A stretch of 64,000 nt of DNA, taken from assembly GCA_023426575.1 (NCBI GenBank), contig JAFAAL010000014.1, positions 21,524 through 85,523 of the forward strand. Reading direction: 5' to 3'. The notes under the pieces are model-generated. The model was not told the origin of the DNA. It was given only the letters and a program-made list of their open reading frames with translations, and ran no database searches. Both the position numbers and the translations under genes were made by a program. The DNA comes from Bacillota bacterium (GTDB lineage Bacteria > Bacillota > Clostridia > Saccharofermentanales > DTU023). Shown here piece by piece: positions 18,938-25,924 of the stretch (positions are counted from its first letter, which is position 1; each line of letters begins with the position of its first letter).

Positions 18938-20140
18938 CTATTCTCCGCGCAGGACGACGGCGGGATCGATCTTGGTGGCCTGCTTGACCGGCCAGATACA
19001 GGCGAGGATGGTGATGAGGGTCGAGACGATCAGAGTCGCTGGCACAATCCAAAGCGAAAATTCAATCGCCCGTCCGAAGACGGAGAGACTCACTCTCTGA
19101 GCGAAGACGTAGCCGAGGATGACGCCGAGCAGACCACCCCCGAGGCCGAGACCACAGCCCTCGCCAAAAAACTCTTTGACAATCTCGCGATCGGGTGCAC
19201 CGAGCGCTTTCTTCAGGCCGATCTCCTTGCGCCGCTCCGCGACGACGGCCAGCATGGTCGTAAAAACTGAGATCATCGTCAAGAGGAGGACGACGATATT
19301 GACGAGGAGGACCAGCGCCTTGAGTTTGCCCAGAACCTTATCTTGTGATTGGGTCACGCGCTTGACGGGGCGTCCCACGAGCTCTTCACGCTCACTGTGC
19401 AGACGCTCGGCCAAGGCGAGAAGCTCCTCTTGACTGCCCTCGACACTGCACTCGATTCCGTCAACTCGAACTTCGTCTTCGAGAATCTCATTCAAGACGT
19501 CGAGATTGAGAAAGATAAAGCCCTCCTCGGCACCGCCCGTCGTGATGATGCCCTTGACAGTCAATTTACGGTCGTAATAGTCGTCGGGATTATTCTTCTT
19601 GAGATATTCCTCCGTCGAATCATCCTGTTTGGTGCCGACGACATTGCGTCCATACTTGACCCCCTGAACCCGGAATTGCTCGCCGATAGTGAGGTCTAAA
19701 GTCTTGGCGATCTCCTTGCCGATCATGACAAGATCGCGGTCTGCATCACTCGCCCACTCCCCTTCGACATACCAGAAGGGGCTGTTCTTTTGGGCCTCAG
19801 TCATGATTGTGCCAGCGAGGATATAGGGCTTTTGGTTGATTTTTGTCGTCTCATAACGATAAGGTGCGAGGCCGACAACACGCCTCTCATCGATCAGTTC
19901 TCGAACAACTTGCAAGTCCTCAGTCATGATTTTCTCATCGCCACTTGGCAAGACAATGAAGTTCGCCCCATAGGAGCGAAACTCCTTGCCGAGCTGACGG
20001 GGGATATCATAGTAAATCGTGACCATACCAGACATGATGGTCGCGCCGATCGCGATGGCGAGGAGGGCGACCAGCATGCGGGAGCGCCTCCTGAGGAGGG
20101 AGCTCGTGATCATCTTGAGATACATCGTTCTGCGTGTCAT
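18938..20140 (-). CDS. MacB-type ABC permease (FtsX domain)
   Basis: 1 TM + external domain + 3 TM, with an FtsX loop (RRKEIGLKKALGAPD). Confidence 0.85.
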   Translation of the reverse strand: MTRRTMYLKMITSSLLRRRSRMLVALLAIAIGATIMSGMVTIYYDIPRQLGKEFRSYGANFIVLPSGDEKIMTEDLQVVRELIDERRVVGLAPYRYETTKINQKPYILAGTIMTEAQKNSPFWYVEGEWASDADRDLVMIGKEIAKTLDLTIGEQFRVQGVKYGRNVVGTKQDDSTEEYLKKNNPDDYYDRKLTVKGIITTGGAEEGFIFLNLDVLNEILEDEVRVDGIECSVEGSQEELLALAERLHSEREELVGRPVKRVTQSQDKVLGKLKALVLLVNIVVLLLTMISVFTTMLAVVAERRKEIGLKKALGAPDREIVKEFFGEGCGLGLGGGLLGVILGYVFAQRVSLSVFGRAIEFSLWIVPATLIVSTLITILACIWPVKQATKIDPAVVLRGE

Positions 20141-20143
20141 CTT

Positions 20144-21427
20144 CTACCTCCCATGTAAGACTTCTGTCGGCTTCAGACGCAAGAGATAGCGTATGGAGGG
20201 AATGCTCCCGATCAAGATGACAGCCACGAGCAGCAAGAGATCGATCGGGACGACCATCGGAGCCAGCGGAATGGTCGAGCCAAAGACGGTGAGACCGATG
20301 ATCTGGGTGAAGCCGAGACCGGCAAAGTAGCCGACGATGCCTCCGATCAAGCCAGTCATCATGATCTCTGTCAGGATGAGGAGAACAATGCGGATGTTCT
20401 TGCCGCCGATGGCCTTGATCAAGCCGATCTCCTGACGTCGCTCGATGACGGCGGCCGTGACGAGGTTGCTGATGCCGAGAGCTGAACCCAGAGATGAGAG
20501 AATCGTGATGAGAAGCATTAGGAGCTGCGTCTTGTTCAAGATGGTGCCCTCAGACTCTGCGACTTGGCGGATAGGCTTGGCGACTGCATCGCTGACTACT
20601 TCTTGGATCTGATAGCAGATCGAGCTGACATAGGCCGTGCAGTACCAGACATCGTATTCTGAAGGTGTCAGAGAACCTGGATTCTGGGAGGCCTTGCGCG
20701 CCAAGTCATTGTCGGGGGTCGTCAATGCCGAGACTTCGATGGACGAGACCTTGCCCTCGAGGCCAGCAAGGCGCTGGGCACTCTCGAGATTCATGAAGAT
20801 CTGCTCATCTTCGGGTCCCCCCGCGTTGATAATGCCCTGAATTTGAAAGATCTCCGTCCCCTCCTCGGCAGTGATTTCTATCTCATCTCCCAACTTGAGC
20901 TGATTGCGGCCTGCGAGAAGTGAGCCGAGCATGATCTTGTCATGATCGTCTTCGACCAGCCACGAGCCCTCAATCGACCACCAATTCTTGAGCGGCTTGA
21001 GGCCCGCGGTAACATCCTCACCCGTGGGCAGAACAAATTCCTTTTGAAACCAGGTCCCGATGACGTCGACTCCTGGGCCCAATTGTTCTGAGCTGGCCTT
21101 GAGCTTTAAAGCTGGGGCAAAGTCGACAATGTTGAAGCCCCAGAAGATCTGCTTGATCTTCGGCACATCCTCCTCGAGGAGATACTTGTCACTAATCCCC
21201 TCTCCTTCAGAGATCCCATAGAGATCGTCGAGGAGCGAGGCGTCCTTGGGCACCACGGTGATATTGGCCCCATAGGTCTTGAGTTCTTGATTGATCTTAT
21301 CGCCGACTCCGAGCATGACGTTGATCATGGCCGTGCAGAGCGAAATACCGAGTGCAACGGTCAGGGCAATCATAAAAATTTTACTCTTTTGCCTGAAGAG
21401 AGCCCCTCTCACCATTCGCCAAAACAT
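20144..21427 (-). CDS. MacB-type ABC permease (FtsX domain), second paralog
   Basis: Same architecture, with FtsX loop RRQEIGLIKAIGGKN. It ends 3 nt from the next permease gene. Confidence 0.85.
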   Translation of the reverse strand: MFWRMVRGALFRQKSKIFMIALTVALGISLCTAMINVMLGVGDKINQELKTYGANITVVPKDASLLDDLYGISEGEGISDKYLLEEDVPKIKQIFWGFNIVDFAPALKLKASSEQLGPGVDVIGTWFQKEFVLPTGEDVTAGLKPLKNWWSIEGSWLVEDDHDKIMLGSLLAGRNQLKLGDEIEITAEEGTEIFQIQGIINAGGPEDEQIFMNLESAQRLAGLEGKVSSIEVSALTTPDNDLARKASQNPGSLTPSEYDVWYCTAYVSSICYQIQEVVSDAVAKPIRQVAESEGTILNKTQLLMLLITILSSLGSALGISNLVTAAVIERRQEIGLIKAIGGKNIRIVLLILTEIMMTGLIGGIVGYFAGLGFTQIIGLTVFGSTIPLAPMVVPIDLLLLVAVILIGSIPSIRYLLRLKPTEVLHGR

Positions 21428-21444
21428 CTAAAACTCCAATCTAG

Positions 21445-22731
21445 CTAGTCCCCAACTGGGAAGCGATTCTTCTCCGCTTCCAGCACGGACTTCTTGATGA
21501 TGATCTTGCCGTCTTCAATGTCGTAGTTAAAAGGCACGGGATTGCAACCGCCCTTGAAGCCGATGGTCGCCTTGTTCATCACGACGTCACAGCGCTTGCA
21601 GATGACATCGTTATTCCGCTCGTAATAGCCTGCGACACCACAGATATCACAGGCATCGAGGCCGAGACCATAGGCATTGCCCTGCGGCTTCTTGACCACG
21701 ATAAAGCGGATGTCGTGACCGTCGACTTTATATGAGAAGCGATGGAGGTGACCGTCGTCGACGTCCGTCAACGGGATGATGATCAATTCCTTGCTTTCTT
21801 GAAAATCTTGCGGCGGCGTCAAGACGACAGGCTTATTGATATAGGCAAAGAGCAGCGTCAAGGAGCTGTAGACCAAGAGAATCAGAACAGAGGCAAGGGC
21901 CGCCCAGCGCCGACAATTCCGAAGCCACCAACGCTCCTTGCGCCGCGCCGCAGGCGTCGGAAAGGTCCCGACCAGTCGGCGATGTTTGAGATAGACGCGG
22001 GCCGCAAGCAGGGCCGTCAGTGCGACATAGATCGGCGCCAGAGGATTAAGACTGCGATCGTCCAGAATCATGATGGCGAAGACGAGGTCGTTTGAGCTCT
22101 TGAGAATGCGAAGCCTGGCGAGGGCGCTGATGCCCTTGAGAAAATACTCAGCGGCAAAAGCCAAGAGAAAAAGCTCTGTAAAGACGGCCGCAGAATGTTC
22201 CGACAGTCTCTTAAAATTCTGCCAGATCGCGAGGGCTAATAAGAAGAGGATCAGGAAGCCAGCGGCATAGCCACAGGCCCGAAAGAGCGATTGAGTCCCA
22301 AATGAGTCCTCGCCAAAGGCGACGAACTCCTTGGCCTTTAAGATGACAAAGGGAAGCGTTGTGACGAGCGTGGCAGCGAGGGCCAGGCCCAAGCAGAAGA
22401 TCGAGGCCGTCTCTGAGGCCTTTGCCGCTTTGGGCAGACGCCGTCTCCAGAAGAGGTAGAGAGTCCAAGCCAGGAGAGCCAAGAGGATGAGAACAAGCGC
22501 CAGCGCGAGGACCTCGCGATTGACACGCGTCAAGGTCCGCAGGAGACGCTTGGGATAGATCTTCTTCAGGGCATAGACGACAGTGCCGAGAACTGCCCCG
22601 AGCAAAGTGCAAAAAGCGCCCCAGGCGTAGAAGAGCTTCTCTCTTCTCTGCCAGATGGTGGCGGCCAGCACGGCGCCGATCAGACTGGGCGCCAATAGAT
22701 AGCGTAAAACTTCAATAAAAAACTCTGCCAA
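21445..22731 (-). CDS. polytopic membrane protein with a C-terminal Cys-rich soluble domain (DUF2318-like, iron-uptake associated)
   Basis: ~7 TM N-terminal region, then ...LDACDICGVAGYYERNNDVICKRCDVVMNKATIGFKGGCNPVP. TTG start 6 nt after GAGGT. Lies in an FTR1/P19 context. Confidence 0.7.
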   Translation of the reverse strand: MAEFFIEVLRYLLAPSLIGAVLAATIWQRREKLFYAWGAFCTLLGAVLGTVVYALKKIYPKRLLRTLTRVNREVLALALVLILLALLAWTLYLFWRRRLPKAAKASETASIFCLGLALAATLVTTLPFVILKAKEFVAFGEDSFGTQSLFRACGYAAGFLILFLLALAIWQNFKRLSEHSAAVFTELFLLAFAAEYFLKGISALARLRILKSSNDLVFAIMILDDRSLNPLAPIYVALTALLAARVYLKHRRLVGTFPTPAARRKERWWLRNCRRWAALASVLILLVYSSLTLLFAYINKPVVLTPPQDFQESKELIIIPLTDVDDGHLHRFSYKVDGHDIRFIVVKKPQGNAYGLGLDACDICGVAGYYERNNDVICKRCDVVMNKATIGFKGGCNPVPFNYDIEDGKIIIKKSVLEAEKNRFPVGD

Positions 22732-22742
22732 TGAACGACCTC

Positions 22743-22778
22743 AGAAGAGAAGACAAGAGGGAGAGAGGCCCCTCCCCC
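22743..22778 (-). terminator. candidate internal attenuator between p19 and the accessory genes
   Basis: Minus-strand GGGGGAGGG-GCCU-CUCUCCCUC (9 bp, 2 G.U) followed by UUGUCUUCUCUUCU. Confidence 0.35.
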
Positions 22779-22792
22779 TGTCATTATTTAAC

Positions 22793-23521
22793 TTACTTAT
22801 TCTCGAGCTGTTCGCCTGTGTAGTTCCACTCAATGGTCACCGTCTGCTTCTCATAGTAGGCAGAGGCGGCGTCGAGACCCTCGGTCCGCGCCAGAGGCAC
22901 ACCCGTCTCCTCATCGACGTGGAGGAGATAGTCATCAGAGGGTCTGAACTCGAGGACGATCTGGTACTTGCCGACGGGAATCAGTCCCTTCTTGATGTTG
23001 ATGCCGTAGTGAGGGCCGTCGTCGGCGTTCATCGGCATCATGGAACCTGCTGTGATCTCAGTCTTGCCGTCTTCACTCATGACCTTGTAGTCGACGGTGA
23101 GATAGGCGGGCCAGATATCCTCACCAGCACCGAAGCCAAATTTGGGAGCCGCTTCTGGTGTCAGGTGAATGTCGGCTTCAAGATGCATGTCAGACTCATC
23201 CGCGCTCGGCTGCTTGCCCGCGGGAATCATGTCGACGCCCTGGAAGTAGACGAGCTGGACCTGGAAGGGGCCGACGATGGTCAGGTCGCCGATCTCGATT
23301 TCGTTGAAGCCAGAATCGCCCGGGAGCTCAGGAGTGACGGCCTTTGCTTCGGCTCTTGTCTCGGCAGGAGCTGCCTCTTCCTGGGCCTCTGTTGCCGCCT
23401 CGTCAGCTGCGGTATTCGTCGGAGCCTTTGCCTCTTCATTCTTCTGGCAGGCATTGAGGCCGAGGAGCAAGCTGAGGAGCAAGGCGAGTGCCAGGATGGT
23501 CGTAAACAGTTTCACTTTCAT
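22793..23521 (-). CDS. P19/Tp34/FetP-family periplasmic-type iron-transport lipoprotein
   Basis: Lipobox LLGLNAC. Family motifs as I recall them: MHLEADIHL and MMPMNADDGPHYG. ATG at 23521 follows AGGAGG. Immediately downstream of FTR1. Confidence 0.85.
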   Translation of the reverse strand: MKVKLFTTILALALLLSLLLGLNACQKNEEAKAPTNTAADEAATEAQEEAAPAETRAEAKAVTPELPGDSGFNEIEIGDLTIVGPFQVQLVYFQGVDMIPAGKQPSADESDMHLEADIHLTPEAAPKFGFGAGEDIWPAYLTVDYKVMSEDGKTEITAGSMMPMNADDGPHYGINIKKGLIPVGKYQIVLEFRPSDDYLLHVDEETGVPLARTEGLDAASAYYEKQTVTIEWNYTGEQLENK

Positions 23522-23531
23522 GTGAATCCTC

Positions 23532-25001
23532 CTATTGTTTCCTCTCAGAGACGGACGCTGAATCAGCAACCGCCTTCGGCGAGGTGCTATTTAATTTCTT
23601 CCTTGCAGATCTGTTCTTCAAACTGTGTGAGAGCAGAATCCACAAAGAAGCAATTAACAAGATAATCTGGGGAATGAGAGTCTCAGCCCGATCGTAGATA
23701 CCGAGGAAATCAAACTCGAAACCGCGCATGGCTGGAATGCTTGTCACCCCCGTGATGACTCCTGCCTCAGAGAGCTCCTTGACTCCCTTGCCCATAAAAC
23801 TAATACACATGACAAAGAGAAGAATGCTCGTGAATAAGAAGAAGGGTTTCAGTGGCAGGCGGACCGTCGTATAGCGCATGACGACATAGACGACGAGCAG
23901 AACGATGACAGCCGCCAAGAGTCCATAGATGGCATATCTTGTGTCCGTCATACCACTGCCAAAGGCCGCACGATAGAACAAGATCAGCTCCGCGCCTTCG
24001 CGAATGACGGCGAGAAAGGCTGCAGTGATGAGGCCCCAGAGCGACTTCTTATCGATGGAACGGACGACATGGCCCTGGATATAGGCCTCCCAGGCCTGCT
24101 CCTCACTCTTGGACAGCATCCAGTTGCTGACCCAAAAGAGCACGATGACGGCCAGGAACATCGTCCAGCCCTCGATCAGCTCCTGTCCGACACCTCCGAG
24201 CAAGAAGTGCACGAGGATTGCGAGGAAGATAGAGCCGATGAGCCCCGCGAGCATGCCATAGTAGACACCTTTTCTGAGATGTCCATTGCCAGTCTTGACA
24301 AGGTAGGTGATGATGGCGACACAGACGAGGATGGCCTCCATGCCCTCACGCAGCATGAGGACAAAAGACGTGAAAAAAGAGCGCCGATTCCTGACCGCAG
24401 GATCCACCGTCTTGACGACCTTCTCCTCCACTGCCGGTGACAGCGGAGCCGTCTCATCTTCGCTCAGCTCGACCCCGAGGGCCGAGAGATAGCTCTGCTT
24501 CTGCTCTTCATCTGAGAAGATGAGAGAAGCGACCTCATCGCCAGAGTCCATCGCTTCCACACCGTCGAGGACCATGGCATCGCGATAGACCTTGCCCGCG
24601 AGGACGAGAATCTTTTCTTTAATCTCATTTTCGTGATGATCATAATTGCCGAGGAGGGCGTGTTTGATCTCTCTGAACTGTGCCTCGATGTGATTGACGC
24701 GCTTGGCCGAGATATAGGACATGACATTCTTCTCGAAGCCTTGAGCCTCGTAGTAGCCAAAATATGCCTCATTCATCTTCTCATAGGCCCCGCGCATGTC
24801 GGCTTCGTCGATCGCATCAATGGCTTCCATAAAGACCGTGAACATATCCTGTCCCAGTTCTTGCCAGGAACTATAGCTCTTCTTCTCAGCCGAGACGCTC
24901 CCGAGAGAAGTGCAAGTGACTATTAAAAGAACAAGCGTCATCGCAAAGAACTGAGTGAATTTAAGTCCCAGTGATCTCAAGCGATATTCTCTTAGCTTCA
25001 T
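23532..25001 (-). CDS. FTR1-family high-affinity iron permease with a long N-terminal extracytoplasmic domain
   Basis: Two REGxE motifs (MLREGMEAIL, VIREGAELIL) in a 7-TM C-terminal half. ATG at 25001 lies 6 nt after AGAGGAGG; the TTG at 25007 in the ORF track is less likely. Confidence 0.88.
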   Translation of the reverse strand: MKLREYRLRSLGLKFTQFFAMTLVLLIVTCTSLGSVSAEKKSYSSWQELGQDMFTVFMEAIDAIDEADMRGAYEKMNEAYFGYYEAQGFEKNVMSYISAKRVNHIEAQFREIKHALLGNYDHHENEIKEKILVLAGKVYRDAMVLDGVEAMDSGDEVASLIFSDEEQKQSYLSALGVELSEDETAPLSPAVEEKVVKTVDPAVRNRRSFFTSFVLMLREGMEAILVCVAIITYLVKTGNGHLRKGVYYGMLAGLIGSIFLAILVHFLLGGVGQELIEGWTMFLAVIVLFWVSNWMLSKSEEQAWEAYIQGHVVRSIDKKSLWGLITAAFLAVIREGAELILFYRAAFGSGMTDTRYAIYGLLAAVIVLLVVYVVMRYTTVRLPLKPFFLFTSILLFVMCISFMGKGVKELSEAGVITGVTSIPAMRGFEFDFLGIYDRAETLIPQIILLIASLWILLSHSLKNRSARKKLNSTSPKAVADSASVSERKQ

Positions 25002-25034
25002 CAACAACCTCCTCTGCCACGTGCTAGTTAGAAC

Positions 25035-25085
25035 CAGCTAACGTTCAACAGAGGTTATCATAATAGCCACAGCTAACTTTGGCAA
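25035..25085 (-). promoter_or_regulatory. candidate ftr1 promoter with repeated GTTAGCTG elements
   Basis: Minus strand: TTGCCA (25085..25080), 17 nt, TATGAT (25062..25057). GTTAGCTG occurs at 25077..25070 (in the spacer) and at 25042..25035 (downstream), and ATGATAACC at 25061..25053. Confidence 0.4.
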
Positions 25086-25126
25086 GGTCTCGAGATGAAA
25101 AGATTTAAAGAGGGATGAGAGAAGTT

Positions 25127-25162
25127 AAAAGAAAAACCCCGAGACCATTGATGTCACGAGGT
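25127..25162 (-). terminator. intrinsic terminator after tRNA-Thr
   Basis: Minus-strand ACCUCGUGAC-AUCAAUG-GUCUCGGGGU (one mismatch) followed by UUUUUCUUUU. Confidence 0.5.
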
Positions 25163-25168
25163 TTCAGA

Positions 25169-25243
25169 TGGAGCCGAAGGTGGGAATCGAACCCACGACC
25201 TATTCATTACGAGTGAATTGCTCTACCCCTGAGCCACTTCGGC
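25169..25243 (-). tRNA. tRNA-Thr (anticodon CGU)
   Basis: Reverse complement GCCGAAGTGGCTCAGGGGTAGAGC-ATTCA-CTCGTAA-TGAAT...GTGGGTTCGATTCCCAC-CTTCGGCTCCA. Full cloverleaf with encoded CCA. Confidence 0.93.
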
Positions 25244-25252
25244 AGCAGCAGT

Positions 25253-25281
25253 AATATAGCAGTCTGCAAAAGATCTGTCAA
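25253..25281 (-). promoter_or_regulatory. promoter of tRNA-Thr
   Basis: Minus strand: TTGACA (25281..25276), 17 nt, TATATT (25258..25253), ending 9 nt before the tRNA. Confidence 0.55.
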
Positions 25282-25284
25282 ATG

Positions 25285-25311
25285 AAAGGGGCTCACTCTG
25301 CAGTGAGCCCC
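25285..25311 (-). terminator. intrinsic terminator after the ferritin gene
   Basis: 9-bp stem GGGGCUCAC/GUGAGCCCC (25288..25296 / 25303..25311), followed on the minus strand by UUUCAUUUG. Confidence 0.5.
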
Positions 25312-25319
25312 TCTAAGGT

Positions 25320-25835
25320 CTATTCAGTATAGGGAATCTCTTCCAGCTCAAATTCACGCTTGGCCCACTGGGCATCGAGGAAGAGGAGCGCACCGGGATT
25401 GCCCTTGGCCTTTTGGACGAGGGCCAGGTTCTCCTCTGCATTTTCTTCTTCCTCGACCTGCTCCATCAGGTACCAGGTCAAGAATTCACGCATCTCAAAC
25501 TCATGGGTCTCCTCTGCTCTCTTGGCCATCTTGCGGATGGATTCAGAGACTTCGCGCTCATGGTCGAGGGCCATTTGGAAGACTTCCTCGATGTCCTTGA
25601 ACTCATGAGGAGGCTCGTCAATCTGACGTAGATTGGTCGGCTCACCGATGCGGTAGAGATATTTTGCAAAGCCCTGGGCATGCTGTAACTCTTCTTGGTA
25701 TTGGATGTACATCCAATTCGCAGCCCCAGGCATATCCTGTCTCTGCAGCCAATCCACCATAGAAAGATAGATATAGCCAGAATAATACTCCATCTGAATT
25801 TGATCTTGGGTCATTTCTAAAAGTTTCTTGTCCAT
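25320..25835 (-). CDS. ftnA: non-heme ferritin
   Basis: 171-aa four-helix-bundle sequence with ferroxidase-site residues (QMEYYSGYIY, QEELQHA, ALDHEREV). Strong SD AGGAGG. Confidence 0.9.
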   Translation of the reverse strand: MDKKLLEMTQDQIQMEYYSGYIYLSMVDWLQRQDMPGAANWMYIQYQEELQHAQGFAKYLYRIGEPTNLRQIDEPPHEFKDIEEVFQMALDHEREVSESIRKMAKRAEETHEFEMREFLTWYLMEQVEEEENAEENLALVQKAKGNPGALLFLDAQWAKREFELEEIPYTE

Positions 25836-25924
25836 AAATTCCTCCTTAGCCTCTCATGAGGCTTTTGTCAATAAATGATAACCAATCCTAAATTAGAATT
25901 CAGACAAAGTGACATGTGTTACTC

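Noticed and set aside
22919-23665. 248-aa + strand ORF across p19 and the ftr1 3' end
   Set aside because: It is antisense to two well-supported genes and spans their junction. Its composition is typical of antisense read-through.
25836-25924. Fur/PerR box and promoter upstream of ferritin
   Set aside because: I found only a TGATAA-containing 9-mer (reported as a shared motif). There is no 7-1-7 or 19-bp palindrome, and no convincing -35/-10 pair. TTGACA at the right distance pairs only with TAAGGA, which is the SD.
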